Source: Podarcis melisellensis (lineage: Eukaryota). From it: a DNA stretch of 64,000 nucleotides. The stretch is taken from NCBI GenBank assembly GCA_964234715.1, contig OZ174281.1; one strand, written 5' to 3'. A program made the translations under genes and the position numbers. Shown here piece after piece: positions 39,048 to 52,800 of this stretch. How positions within the stretch are numbered: position 1 is the stretch's first letter; each line of letters begins with the position of its first letter. The notes beneath the pieces are model-generated. The model was not told the DNA's origin, did no database searches, and saw only the letters and a program-made list of their open reading frames with translations.

Positions 39048-41148
39048 AGTCAGGAGGTAGAAAGCCCAATTGAATTCAATAGCACTTACTTCTGAGCAGG
39101 CATGTTTAGGACTGCACTGTAAATCCCCCCCCTTTTTTTGTATGTTGGTACTTTGAAAATAAAACTGTCAATAGTAGTTTTAAAGAGTCCCCAAACTGTC
39201 TGTGATTCATCATACCATAATGAATCAATATTTGCATTATTATTCAGAAGCTGATCCTGCCACTTCTACACTATGAATAAAGTGGAAGCAGTTTTCTACA
39301 AACCAGCCTTCATGCTCCAGTGAGTAAGATTTCATTATGCATAATTCCGGCTCCACACAGAATGTCTCCAAAGCATGCCCTAGCAAGAAAAATCAGGGTG
39401 GAAAAATATGTTAGCTGCAGCTGGAACATAAAGCTGAATACCAAATGAATATGTGGGAAATGTGCTGGAAAATTATGCTCATATCACTGATAACCAAACA
39501 ACAACAGATATTTTTAAAAGCCAGAAGAGTGTTAAATTAAATTTCTATTTTTCACATTTGCATAATTTTTTATAAAGTGTGTTTGGAATTATAGTTCGTG
39601 TTCCAATGTTTAATTAAACTTTCACTAGATATTGCATACAGACAGAAAGAGTGACACACACGCACACGGTTGCATTACAATACTATCCAGGATGATTTTC
39701 ATAAAATCCATAATCTTTTAAATAATATTACTTAAATTCCTCCCCTACTGTTATATTCTTTCAAAAGACTACTACTGTGATCATAGTATGTGCCACTGTA
39801 CTTGAAAACTGATTATAAAGGCTTCACAGGGTACAGTTTGTGGAGGCTCCTGAATATTGGAATACCATTACACTAGTGTTTTAGGATCTGCATTCTGGTT
39901 TCCATTCACACCTGTGTTCTACATTTTCTGTCCCAAGTATGTCTGTTCGTGCCTTTCATGTAGTAGGTATGAACAAGTTACAATATACTTTGGTTGCTAG
40001 AACCCTGTAACTCAGGGATCACCACTTTTGGGGCCAGTGAGCACATTTCAAATTTTAAGAGTGCTGTGGGCACTGGTTAAAAAATGACTGCCATGTGGGA
40101 CATAGCATAACACAAAATTAAGAGAGAGCACAGTCATGGTGAAAATTTTCCTACAATTGTATTTCCACAATAGAAAATCCTAGCCTGATAACTATCTGGC
40201 TGTCATACAGCTGTTACTGGCACAATAACCCTTCCCCCCTAAAGCAAAGTCTAAGCTGCCATCCTAAAAGAGTGCAAAGAGACTTACTTCTGAGTAGACA
40301 TGTATGCCACTGTACTACCCATTAACTGTACAGTGAATTCTTAATGAGCATCTGACCTTTAGTTCCTGCACAGGAAACATGCCAAAGCCTATTTCGCAGG
40401 AGGGGGTTCTTTAACATTCTGTAGTAGCATTTGCAGAAAATAGCAGGTAGTAGCTATCTTGGATGAACCCACCACAGGGAGGAAAATATAATATCGGGGC
40501 TTAGTCCAGTCAGACTGTCCCCTCCCCACCCATAAGGCCAAACGTCATAATTGTTGGGAATTTCAGGCAGGTGAGAGACCCATTTACTAGAAGTTGCTCC
40601 CAGTACCAGTCACCACACGGACGGTTTGTAGGTTGTAGGCAGATATGGATATACACAGATACATAAAAGTACAAAGTATCTCTGTTGCTCTAAATAAGTT
40701 CAGCAATTCAAGATGTTACACTTGACAAGTAACACTGACTGGCTAATTGATTAATGGACACTACTGAGTTGACATGCATCTATCACAGTTATAGTAGGGG
40801 CACTGGGCCATTACCATAACAGCTGGCTTGGCTGGCCATGAACCTGCAATTAACTTATCCATGGAGTGATTTACACTTTTGAAGGAAATGAAACCCTTCT
40901 CATGTCCAGTTACTCCAACAGTAATCTACCCGTGAGAAGGAAGAAGGGAGTGGCCAAGGCAAGTTAAGACAACACTAAGACCTTCTCCAATCAGACTTCC
41001 CTCTCCCCACCTAGGGCTAACTTTACATATAATATATTTTAGTATTTTAAAATTATAAACTGCTTGGAGGGACTTGACAGAAAGGTGATATATAAATGCA
41101 ACAAATAGGTATTTTGAAAAACTGTGAGCATATTTTAAGCATTATGCA

Positions 41149-41149
<1 letters not shown>

Positions 41150-41180
<31 letters not shown>
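41150..41180. repeat. (TG)n microsatellite
   Basis: Direct reading. Confidence 0.9.
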
Positions 41181-41182
<2 letters not shown>

Positions 41183-42149
41183 CATTTTATTGTCCACAGA
41201 TATGAGATTATATTGCTCAGTGATACAATAAATACAGATGTGTGTATTATTTTCTAAGTTTATATACTAAAACTGTAAACTCCCACAAAACTTTCACAGC
41301 CTGGAAATATAAGGTGCAGGTTAAGATGCAACATTCTCATAACTTAGGAACAAATGTAATGTTAGGCTAGGAACTGACCACATCATTGGTTCATATTTTC
41401 GGGTTCTGATCTATTTATGTAACATATCCAATTTCTGCAGCCAAATGCGCCATAACAGGTACATGAAGAACCTGATCCTTTGTGCATTTATGTACATCTG
41501 TTTTTAAACCTACAAAATGTACAGCCTTGACAAAGTGAGTAGGAGGCATGGGAATGGGGTGGAGATGAAAGCAGAGGTATTAAGGGTTCTGCAGAACAGG
41601 AGGAAATTGTGGCTTCCTAACTGGGGTGGGCCACCCATAAGGCAAGGATGTAGATCTTAACTCACTGCTTGCTCCTAGATTTTAACTCACTCCTCCTTCC
41701 CTGGAGACGAGGGAGCACCATTTTGTGGTTCACCTCAGAAGGGCGCAATTGTGTCTTGGTCCAGCCCTGACTAGGCGGAAGGTGAAAAGTATGTTAACAG
41801 ATGCAATGCGTGGGAAGAGGAAGATGTAGGAGCTTTCCGTGGGGGTGGTTTGTGTGCAGGAGAGGGGAGGCATGGATATTTCTGCAGAAATGCGGTTGGC
41901 AAGCTCCATAATTACATGTGGTGGGAAAAGGCATTTCTCCGGTGTTAAAGTGAGGGGAAACCGCGCCGGGGGTTGGCAAGCTGAACGACCCTGTACAGCA
42001 ACAATGACAAAGTGCTCTGCAGTCAGAAGCAACTTCAGAGAGGAAGAGGTGAGGATGAGACCAGATCTTAAACTGAGGCGGGCGGCTGCCTGAAAGAAGC
42101 GAGTTACTTCCTGTGAGCCACATCCTATTTCTCTCACACAAAAACACAC

Positions 42150-42860
42150 ACATACCCGAGCCCATGATTCGTCCTCTGCTCAAGGGCCCAGCCTTTGCGG
42201 CTGCTGCCACAAGCAGTCTGAACGGCGTCCTAAAATTAGCAGCCAGCGAGCGGGCTTTGCGTGGCGAGGAGGCTGCCGCTCCTGGATGGGTGCAAAGCGC
42301 CGTCACTCTCGCCCAAGGAGGCGGCGCCTCTGCCGTCAGCGCCTCTCTCGCCTCCCCGAGCGAGGAAAGAGGACGCGGGAGCCAGACGGACGAGGAAAGT
42401 CGGAGCGGGGAGGCAGCGGGGCAGCAGAAGTCCAGCAGCGAGCGGGAGAAGCAGCAGCAGCCCTAGCCAAGCGGCGGGGAAGTTGCACGAGCGCTGCGCC
42501 CGGGCCCCCTGCTCGCCCTCCCCGCGCGCTGGGGACCGAGGAGGGGAGGCCGCCTCGCTTGGGCCCCGAGAAGGCGGAGGCGTCCTGGAAGGGAGGGGGG
42601 CAGCGGCTGCCATGAAGGCCAGCGGGGAGCAGAAACGGGGCGAGGCGGCCGCCAGCCCGGGCGACCCCTGGAAGGAGTGCATGGAGGTGGCGGTGCAGCT
42701 GGCGCTCCGGGCCGGACAGGTGAGCAGGCGCCACGTGGGGGGCTCTGGGGAAGCAGGGCTGCAAGGGGGAGCGGGGCGGCGGCGTTTCTTTCCGCTGCTG
42801 CCCCTCCTCCGGCCCTGCGGGGTCTGTAAGCAAGAAGAAGCTCCAAACACGGATTGACAT
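42150..42860 (+). promoter_or_regulatory. IMPA2: IMPA2 CpG island / promoter
   Basis: Very GC- and CpG-rich stretch around exon 1. Confidence 0.75.
42612..42719 (+). CDS. IMPA2: IMPA2 exon 1 (MKASGEQKRGEAAASPGDPWKECMEVAVQLALRAGQ)
   Basis: Kozak gctgccATG; CAG|gtgagc; CpG island. Confidence 0.93.
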
Positions 42861-42906
42861 GCCTTTCTGTCTCCTTTTGAGATTCGTGTGGGACTTGAGA
42901 AATCGC

Positions 42907-42910
<4 letters not shown>

Positions 42911-42962
<52 letters not shown>
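42911..42962. repeat. Compound (TC)n(AC)n microsatellite in IMPA2 intron 1
   Basis: Direct reading. Confidence 0.9.
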
Positions 42963-44069
42963 CAAAGTTACCTGCTGGGCAGCGAAGGGCCAGGTCTCCT
43001 GGTTGCGGACAGAGCTTCTGAGTACTGCAAGCCTTTTGCACGCAGCCTTGTCAATTCTGGCTGGCCGGTCGAGTTTGTGCATGTTTGGCGGGGACGCGAG
43101 GTGCATTTAGTTTAATAGCTCCCTCTTACTCCCGAGCAAGTGCATAAGATTGCACGTGGAGAAAAGAATGGGGAGATGCTGGTGAAAGAGAACTGGTGGA
43201 CAGAAGTACTTTTTCCAGAAATGAAGTCAGATGTGGGCTAACTGTGGATTAACAGTTTAGGAGGTAAATGGGGTTCAACTGGGCCAGGTCAAACAAAAGG
43301 GCAAAGGAAACCAACCTTGCATTTCTGGACATTACAGAAATGGCTCTTCTTAACTGCCTGGCCTAAAAGTAGCCCATGGTAAAATATCAAAGAAAACATT
43401 GTTGGAACACTTAGTTTTTAAAAAAAAAAAAAACCCAACACATTAATTTGAGGTTGTTGAATGGGTTTAAATGGGAGTAATCTGTATTGCATCATTGTTG
43501 TATCTGCATTAATGTGTTCAGTGTCAAGGATGTATCTTGTTAATATTCAACAAGAGTTTGGGTAAGAGTCTGTAGTCCTGATTTCACTAGGAATGCCTTG
43601 CTTTTCCATTGCCAACTTCAGGTACCATTTAAGGAGCCACATTGTTAAGATGTGACCCCTTTTTTAAAGGGCAATGTATAGGTTGAAAAAAAAACGAGTT
43701 AAAGGAAATACTGTATCAGTTTCTAGCCAATAGCATTCCATTAACTGGTAGTTGAAAAGGTGTTTTGACATACAGGTAAGGGGAACTATGCATTATAAGA
43801 AATCCTAGTAAAATGACCCAGTAAGAACTACTGTACATCAATATGCAAAAATAGAGCAGTATTTGAAGGTAAGAATGATCCCATATATAATAAACAGGTT
43901 CTCTTTCCAGGCCAGGTTGATTGTAATTTCTTTTCAATGTCAGAGTTCAGTCCTGAAATGTGAGGACTGTTCTCACAAGGACAGGACCCAACTTGCCTCA
44001 GTCAGCAATCTGGCCACTAAATTCTGTACCAGCTGCAGTTTCCGAACAGTTACCAGGAGGAGTCATGGG

Positions 44070-44240
44070 GAAGGGCCATAGCTCTGTGGAAGAGCAGAAG
44101 ATTCCATGTTTAGTCTCTGACATCCCCAGCTTGGGCTGAAAGAGACTCCTGTCTAAAATGGTGGACAACCATTATACACAGTATACACATTACTGAGCTA
44201 GATGGCCCCATGGCCTGTGTCAGTATAACACAGCTTCTTC
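44070..44240 (+). mobile_element. Degenerate tRNA-derived SINE with CR1-like 3' end (Squam3-like)
   Basis: GGCCATAGCTCTGTGGAAGAGCA head; ACTGAGCTAGATGG...TCAGTATAA.CAGCTTC tail. Confidence 0.55.
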
Positions 44241-44983
44241 TGAGTTGTCAAATTAAAGCAGAAGTAATAGGTAAATTGGGTAAGCATGCCCTGCTACCAT
44301 ATGGTCGCATTCTGAAACCATTTTGAAGGAAAGGGATTTAATCCAAAAGCAATTCCTTTTGATTTCAGTTGAAATAACAATGTGTAAAAATACTGTCTTG
44401 TTGAAGTCTCCCCTTCCTTCGTAAAATTTGGATAGCTATCAAGCTACTAAAGCAGAATTTGGTCAAATGCTTTGGTAGTGTCAAGGGGAAGATATGCCCA
44501 TTGTTCTCGGGAAACAGTTATGTGTGTTTAATACCACATACAGATAGCCCTCCCTCTCACCCATCCTCTGAGTGATAAAACATCTTACCTACTCTCTTCA
44601 GGATAATTTCACCATGGAAATCACTGTGAAACAATATGTAAAAATACATTTGTGCTTATAATAATTTAGAGACAAACCTGTGGCTTCCAACGCAGCAAAG
44701 TTCTAAATGTTGAAAATGTAACCGAATGGCTTTTTACATCCTGATTGTGTACATCAGCACAGACCAGTGTCTCTGAAATATTGGTGACATGTCACAGCAG
44801 TACCAGTTTGATTTTTTTGTGGTGGGGGGAATAATTTTTATTTGATTTTACAAAACCCGTTTGATGTTTTTAAGCAATTCTATATGGGCATAACTGTGAA
44901 CTTTTTTTGTCTATTGTCATTTGAGTCAGTTGAGAGATCTGTGGAGGGAAATGGTAAAGTAATTTCTGATTTAATTTTTCTAG

Positions 44984-45117
44984 ATTATTAGCAAAGCTCT
45001 CACTGAGGAAAAACAGGTGTCTACCAAAACTTCCGCAGCAGATCTTGTGACAGAAACAGATCACTTTGTGGAAAACTTAATTGTTTCTGCTCTGAAAGAA
45101 AAATTTCCCTCTCACAG
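44984..45117 (+). CDS. IMPA2: IMPA2 exon 2 (IISKALTEEKQVSTKTSAADLVTETDHFVENLIVSALKEKFPSHR)
   Basis: 134 bp, GT-AG. Confidence 0.95.
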
Positions 45118-47474
45118 GTAGGTCCAGCTATGGTATTATCCTAGGCAAATTACGTATGTTTTGAACTGGGATTGAAAATGTCATTCTGTGAATAAGAAAG
45201 CTTGGAGAATATCAATACTAATAAGCTGCTTCACACATTGTATGAATGCAGTGACTGAATGATACAAACATGCACCTCATGTACACTAGTAAGAGAACAG
45301 GGATTGGCTACAGTTCTGTCAAGCGTACTGTTGGTGATAAACTTAAATGTGCCACCAATTGTCTGACGATGTCATAAATGGATGGGGAACCGGCAACCTG
45401 TAGGCTAGATGCAGCCCATTGAGCTTTTGCATGCATCCTGCAGCCTCCCCTCATCTGTTTCAGCCCCATGAAGCAATTAGTTGGGACCATTTTTCTTAAC
45501 CCTAATTGCTGCATGGGAGTGATTTTTGTGGCGGTGAGAGCTAGCCATGGTGAGTTAACCTTCCCCATATGTTGCTACTCTTCTAAAGATTGTGAGGAGC
45601 CAGAATGGCAATTAGGCTTAACAGATCCCATTAATGCAAATGGGGGCCTTTGTTCTAAACCTAACTGCCAGATTGCTAGCAGTGGGGGAGAGAAGGGAAG
45701 ATTTGTAAATAACTTATGAAAGGGGGATGGATGAGCATGGGGACGTGTGGTTTTCACCCTGTCTACCACTGACATGCAGCCCTCAACCTAGCTGGATCCC
45801 TAGTTATGCAATAAAATGTATAGCCCATCCCAGTGCTTTGAGACATGTTAGACTGAGAGATAGTCATTCAATGAGTTTTGTGGTAATTGGGGATTTGAAC
45901 CGAGATGCTTCAATTAATCTACCAGCCCCAGAAGAAACCAAGAGCTTCTTTTCCCTCTGGCACAGCACCACAGCTAGGAGGTTATAGTGCTTAGGAAACA
46001 GAAAGGAGCACTTGGGGCATTTGGAAAGTAAGTGAGTAGAGATCTGGGTGGGGAGAGACGAACCTTTTCTCAAAGCAATGAGTAGGGAAAGACAGAACTG
46101 GGAACACTTTACCGGTACTTCACCATCACGATGCTTAGATAGGAGGGGAGGGCTTTTCCTCTCAGCACAGTCCTGTGATGGAGAGGTACCTGCCTCCTGC
46201 TCCTCTGCTGATTGGCAGAGAAAGGGTGACTGATTGTCCTCAGGAGAACAAAAGGTTGACCACCTTCCTGTAACCATTCTACTCCTCCAGTTAAACATCA
46301 GGTGAGAGTTGTTCAATATAACTGGTTGGCCATGGACGGGAGACAACATGTTAAAAGGGTGTGTTCTTTTTTAATTCTCCTGCCTCCAATGTCTTCTCAA
46401 ATCCAGATTAGATTTCCCGTAATGAAATGAATATAGTAGTTTTAGCCTAATCTTAGTGGACATCTGTTCACATGAAAAAAAGCCCAACAGCAGCAACAAA
46501 AAAAGTAACCTTCCCTTTATATAGGATGGAATTGAAGGTTGTTTTCACAAGTATAGCACTAAGCTTCAATAGACAGTTGTCATCTAGTTTTAATTGGGAA
46601 ATAATAGCTATGAAATGGTGGGAAAACTGTAACTCTTCCAGGTGTGGGTAATCTTGTAAAGCTTGATGTCCTTTGCGCAAGCTGAAACTAATTGCTGCAA
46701 TGTACACAAAGTGCAGCAAAAGGTCAAGGGTTGCATGTGCATGTATAGCACAAGACATGTTCAAAAATACATGTGGTGTTCTGCGTAAAAATGGTCCTGT
46801 TCTTGGAAACAAATCATAGTAAGCGTTAATTGCAGTTTAGGCTTCTGATCTCCTTGTGTCCTGGAAAGGGAGGCCAAAGCTTGGTGCAGCTCATTCTCTT
46901 CATGCTAAACCATGGTTTAGTGTGATGTTCAAATATGACAAATGCATGACTAGGGAACCCACACTGCGATTTAAAGCCAAATAAGACACGATAGTGATGA
47001 ACAGGCGTTTTCTATTCATGTGCCTGCCCGGTTCATATATTGGACAAAGGTTGAATCTTACTCAATAGTTTTTATTTCAATAGTAAGAAAACTACTCATT
47101 GCAGATTGACTTGTATATCTTCTATATGTGCTTCTGACTGTCACCAAAATGACACCTCTTACCTGTTGTGATGTACAAACTGTTGCTACATTGTATTCAC
47201 ACACAGCTTTTCATGAGTGAAGATACATGGGTTTCCCTTTGTGTAAGACCCTGAAACCTCCGTAGAGGCCCTGAAAGTCACTTGAACACCTTCTATATGT
47301 GCTCTTGGATAATATGCAAAGACTCACATAGATCCCCTTAGCATAACTTTTAGTACTTTACCTGATGCTTGTTTAAGGCCAAATGTAGCAGAAAACAGCT
47401 ACGTTTGGGAACGCCAGTGCCTAAGTGCCTTCCAATAAGTAATAATTCAGTTTTAATTTTCTCGTCCATTATAG

Positions 47475-47579
47475 GTTTATTGCTGAAGAAGCTACCGCTG
47501 CTGGTTCAAAGTGCATTCTCTGTGACAGCCCTACCTGGATTATTGATCCTGTTGATGGCACCTGTAATTTTGTACATAG
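47475..47579 (+). CDS. IMPA2: IMPA2 exon 3 ([35 protein letters not shown])
   Basis: 105 bp; metal-binding DPxDGT motif. Confidence 0.95.
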
Positions 47580-48587
47580 GTAAATATATAAACAGTGCTG
47601 CAAAAAAGCTACGCCTGCCTTTTCTCAAGCTCTCTGCCGTGCTTTATTTTTCTGTGTCCAACCTATTTGAGTAAGGCTTGTTCGCATATAAGGTTACTTT
47701 CTTGAGTCAACGTCTGCCCCAGTGCTTTGGGAGGAAGACTCTGATGAGTGCATATGCACAAATTCGATTCTAGTTTATGAATTTGGGCTTCCCAAGTGTT
47801 ATTGTGAGGGGAGTGTGCACACTCAATTCCTTTGTTACATAGTTTGGCTACTATCAAGATAGGTTCTTGCCCTTATAGTGCCTTGTGGAAGTCTATTACA
47901 GGTGGACAGAACTGAATAGCACCAAAACACAAGTGCAGGGACAAGTACCAAAAGGGTGTAGTTACTAAGTAGCACAAGAGTTTGGAGCTACCATTGCTGT
48001 ACCACAAACAATCAACAACTGTAGTGGTTGGCACCTTTGTTCAGCATACCAATTACCTATAAAAACCTTATTCTAAAAGAGTCCCTTATCATCAGAGGCT
48101 CTGGCTAAAATCCAGAGAACTATTGGACTAGTACAATGTACCTAAGGACAATAGCTTTTAACAGTATACTTTCCTTCTCCCTGCCATTAGCATGGCAAAC
48201 TGGTTTTGAAACTCAGTGGGGCGTTCAAAAGAGGGAGGGACGGTTGTAGTTGAATCAGTCGTCAAGTTCTGATCAATTGCACAGCATCCTAAGATTTGAA
48301 GAAGGGAAAGGGGTTTTCTAAGAATCAAAGTCAAGTCAGCTATTTCTGCTTCAGCTACAGGGGAAAGGTCACTGCTAAACTGATCCACCAGATCAGGATG
48401 CCCCTAATTTTTTAACCATTGGGCTTGTTTTTAAAAGGTAAAAAGTAAAAATGTGCAATTCCTTTAGATACAAAGACTCAGATTTCTTATCTGAGAACCA
48501 ACACAATTGCATTTCTGACAGGTAAAGTTGTTGAAATTAACTGTTTAGAGAATGTACTAACAGACACAACTGGTTTTATTTACACAG

Positions 48588-48633
48588 GTTTCCGACTGTG
48601 GCCGTCAGCATTGGATTTGCTGTTAATCAAGAG
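48588..48633 (+). CDS. IMPA2: IMPA2 exon 4 (FPTVAVSIGFAVNQE)
   Basis: 46 bp, GT-AG. Confidence 0.95.
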
Positions 48634-50256
48634 GTATAGGATAAAGCCTTATCTGCTGCTACCGTGATTAAGTGAAAGATTAATATCTAACAAACTTAGT
48701 GAGAATCTTGTGAGCGTCATAACAAATAACAAAGTTCACAGAAAGCCATTTAGGTTACTGTATTTATCTTGAAGTGTTAATCTGTTATAACCTTGGTTTG
48801 AATACACCAATCTGCATAATCCTGAAACCAATCCTTCGGTGTTGTGAGTAGTCTTATTATGACCTACCATAAATGAATGGTAGGAATGGAGTCTGGAATC
48901 ATTCTTTGGGTAAAAGAGTATGTATGGCTGGCAGAATGTAAAGGTAGCTAATCCCAGTTTCAGGGACCTGTTTTTATAAGTAGTCTTGCATGTTTTAATT
49001 CTATCAATGTTTAATTGTTTTTTAATGATGGGTTTTCTATGTTTTTCTTATTTTTAATTTGTAAGCCACCTTGAGTCCCTGTCAGAGAAAAATGTGGAGT
49101 ATGTATGTATGTCTCTTTTCTTAAATAAGGTCCATTAAAATCAACAAGACTTTTTTCCAAGTAAATGCATTTAGGAGTGTCATACTTAAGGGAAAGGTCA
49201 CATCAAGCCAGGCTATTCGTTTCCTGAGTGACTGCGCAAGCAGCTTCCAGCTCATCAATCAAGTGGCAGACATACCAGTTGTTGTTGTTTTTTCTATTGC
49301 CATCTACCTACCTGTGCCGCAACATAATTTTTCATTCTTGTCTTGACTGTTAGAAAACCTGTATTGGCAGCCTTTATAAGTCTGTCCTTGATACTATTCC
49401 TTCAAGGGCAGAGTAGCTGACTTTGCATTACACAGATGCAATGGTAATGCAATGCAGTCTTTCTTCATGCAGAACCCGCTAGAACAGAAAAGGACTACGC
49501 TGTAGGGGAAACAACAAATGTTGTCTGTTGGCTGGGACACAACCTTGTTGCTAGATGGCAGGTGGAAAGGACAAAGCTGTTCCATAGAATAATATTTGGC
49601 AAAGACATGTTGGGTAGGGATAATAGTCTTGCATTTAGTTCTTATCACTGCTCCTGTACTGTATATTCAACACCAGATATTAGTAACTCTTAGGATACAA
49701 CTTCACATGCCTGTGTCAGGCTTACTTATTCAAAGCAACTGTAAAATAAGGTATGGAGGTGATGTCAAGTGGTATAGCAGAGATGGGATACTGAACCTTT
49801 TATCTATGGATTTTGTGCTGTAGGTTACTTGAAGCCTCTGTCCTGCTACTCCAGGCAGGACCACTCAACAGACTTAGCAAACAAGAGTTTTTGTGCCAGC
49901 CCTATATCTGGATAGTAACTGGTGCTTAACTTGAAAACTAAGCAGTTGTGTGAAATGTTTGATGTGTTGAGCTCTTGCTCATTGTCATCACTGTGCAGAA
50001 AAGATTTCCAGGGGCTTTCTGAACATGTAAGAATTAGCCCTAAAATGTCTGTGGAGATGCATTAACTAATTTCTTATTGAAATTTTATGTACCTTGTGAA
50101 GTTGAAAGTCTGGCATGCTCAAAACCATTTCTTCTTTATTATCAGTAGCATAAACTGCTATTTATATGCATTTTATATAGTGATAATCTGTTTATATTGT
50201 GAAATATATAATACAAATTGCATTCATGATCTTTTTCCTTTCCCAAAACGCTAAAG

Positions 50257-50365
50257 CTTGAATTTGGTGTAATTTATCACTGCACGGAAGAACGATTATA
50301 CACTGGTAGAAGAGGTCAAGGGGCATTTTGTAATGACAAAAGGCTTCAGGTATCAAAAGTGACAG
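50257..50365 (+). CDS. IMPA2: IMPA2 exon 5 (LEFGVIYHCTEERLYTGRRGQGAFCNDKRLQVSKVT)
   Basis: 109 bp; weak AAG acceptor. Confidence 0.92.
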
Positions 50366-51659
50366 GTTGGTTTAAGCTCTCTAAAAGAAATATTTTGAAT
50401 ATTGTATTATTAGAGAGTCGTTACCATATGTAGGTAGACTTACAGAGCAATCTTCTGCATATTTACTCAGAAGTAAGATCCACTCTGTTTAGTGGAGCTT
50501 ACTTCCAGGTAAGTGCACATAAGATTGCGCCCTTGATGTATTTTCTGCATAACTGAATATATTTTACATTTATTTAAGTAGTCCTTCTTTTCTATACCAT
50601 ACTTTAATTATTGAGCTTAGTAGTTTAAAATAGGCTTTTATAAATCACTGTAAATTTGGCTGCAACAAAACTGGTGACCCTTGCTTAATCTTATGATTAG
50701 TCAGCTCTTGAGTGCCAGGTGAGTGGACATAGTACATACCTTACGAATGGTGCTGGCATGAATCTCTGTACAATTATGTAAAACTACCTGAAAAAATGTA
50801 ATCTAAACATTACAGCCACTGTAGGGAAAGTATTTAAAGTGTACCCTATTTCATGTTGGGGCTGCAATAATGAAGCAGCCTACTTAGGGCTAGCACTGTC
50901 AGCCTGCAGAGTTGGTGGAATTTTAGATTATTTATTACCTATTTCTTATTGAAAAATATGTTGACTTCTATCAGTGGAAGTAGAGAGACTTTTTATTGTG
51001 ATTAAGGAAGACTAGCAGACTTCTCAATGGAAAATTTAAAAATTTTTTAAAAAATTAACATAGGATGTGAAGTATGTATGTATACGCTAAAGAAAAGTTG
51101 TCCAAAAGCTTGAAATTTCAGTTAATTGGTCCAGGAATACTAGGACTTGGGATAGGCTTGTAATGTGTGCAGCTCTGAAATAGCAGCATGAGACTATGCA
51201 ATCACTTTAGAGGCTTTTTCAAAATAATATGTGAGTTCACGGTGGTAGTATTAATTCTGAATTTTGCATGTATGAATTTTGAAAATATGATAGGAATGAT
51301 ATATTCTACTGCAAGATCTAAAATGTACTTTGTGATATGCTTAGAGTTGATGGGATGTAGAATTATTTTGACTGAACATTATTGCAGAATCTGCTGTGAT
51401 TCTAAGAGGGTAAGACTTTGCTTCCAAATAAATATATTTAACTAAAAGTAATAAGCAGATTTGTTTTCCATAATTTCAAGACACAGAATTTTGTTGAAAG
51501 CTTTTGGAAATAAGCAAGACTCGTAAAAAAGAACAGTAATATATGAACATGTGAAGCGATCTTATTGTAAAATATCCAAAGATCCTTCACAGTAGAATTT
51601 GGACAGTGCCTACTTTGAAAAGCTGTTGCAATAATACAAAATAACCTTTTGTCTTGCAG

Positions 51660-51768
51660 ATATCTCAAAGGCCTTGATTTTAACAGAGATTGGCCCAAAA
51701 CGAGATCCTGACACTTTGAAACTGTTTCTCAGCAACATGGAGCGATTGCTTAAGGCCCAAGCTCATGG
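51660..51768 (+). CDS. IMPA2: IMPA2 exon 6 (DISKALILTEIGPKRDPDTLKLFLSNMERLLKAQAHG)
   Basis: 109 bp, GT-AG. Confidence 0.95.
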
Positions 51769-51944
51769 GTAAGATCTTCTTTAAAAAGTAAATAAATCAT
51801 AAACCTTTGTAAAGAAAAGAACCAGCCCCTTCATTAACATTTCAGTTTCTGAGGCCACCTATTTAAATTTAGTGAACCTAAACTTTTGCAGGCATTCTGG
51901 TGCACTTACAGAACTCCCTCTGAAGCAACTTCCCTATTCACTGC

Positions 51945-52099
51945 CAGTGGTGGAGTTTCATGCTCTGGCCCTGGGGGGCGGAGATCAGGCAGGGGCGGGG
52001 TATGCGTCGCCTGTGGGGGCGGGGCACCCAGAGCGGGGGGGGGAGGAGCCGCGATGGCACCCTGCCGGTGCACTCCCCCACACTCTTCCTCCGCCAGTG
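51945..52099. mobile_element. hAT MITE with perfect 8-bp TSD
   Basis: TIR CAGTGGTGGAG / CTCCGCCAGTG; TSD TTCACTGC at 51937-51944 and 52100-52107. Confidence 0.8.
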
Positions 52100-52491
52100 T
52101 TCACTGCACCATCAAGATAGCTTTTCAGTGTTAGAAGTCAGTTAGCACCCCCTCCTCTTTCTTCTTGCTTGGGAGTTATGAAGATGGGGCAGCCTTGCAT
52201 TGCATTGTCAAGTGAATAGGACAAGCAGACATTGCTTGCTGGATATGATAACATTGTAAAGAACGGGGAAGATGTTGAGACAAACACCTGGAAACATATG
52301 ACTGGCTTTTCTTAAGATAATATTTTAACTTGTTGTGAATATGTGAGTTTGTCTGTGCAACAAATCGTTGGTTAAAATTGATGACTTGTTTTTCTAACCT
52401 TGACTCATGAGCAGATCCTCGTGGGTTGGCTTTATCAATGGTTTTCATTCTTTTCACAAGTCTTTTTGCTCCCACCTGTGACTTATTGTAG

Positions 52492-52643
52492 GGTTCGTGT
52501 CATTGGAAGTTCCACGTTGGCGCTCTGTCTTCTAGCATCTGGTGCTGCAGATGCATATTACCAGTTTGGCTTGCACTGTTGGGACTTGGCGGCAGCTACA
52601 GTTATTATCAGAGAGGCAGGTGGTGTTGTGATGGATACTTCAG
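52492..52643 (+). CDS. IMPA2: IMPA2 exon 7 (VRVIGSSTLALCLLASGAADAYYQFGLHCWDLAAATVIIREAGGVVMDTS)
   Basis: 152 bp; WDxAA motif. Confidence 0.95.
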
Positions 52644-52800
52644 GTAAGCAAAAAATATTATTTTTATAGCACATGTTTATAATGCACATTTATTTATAAA
52701 AAAAATATCACCACATTGTAAAAAAGCTGTTTACGACTATCCATCTACCTATCTATCTATCTAAACATAACATTTACATACAGGTACCATCAACTAATTA

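Noticed and set aside
34560-42100. A further gene between the CEP290-like promoter and IMPA2
   Set aside because: I found no phase-consistent exon chain or recognisable protein motif; the region is mostly TE fragments and AT-rich sequence.
42113-43115. Many long overlapping ORFs (up to 240 aa) on both strands
   Set aside because: By-product of the GC-rich IMPA2 CpG island and microsatellite; only 42612-42719 has homology and splice support.
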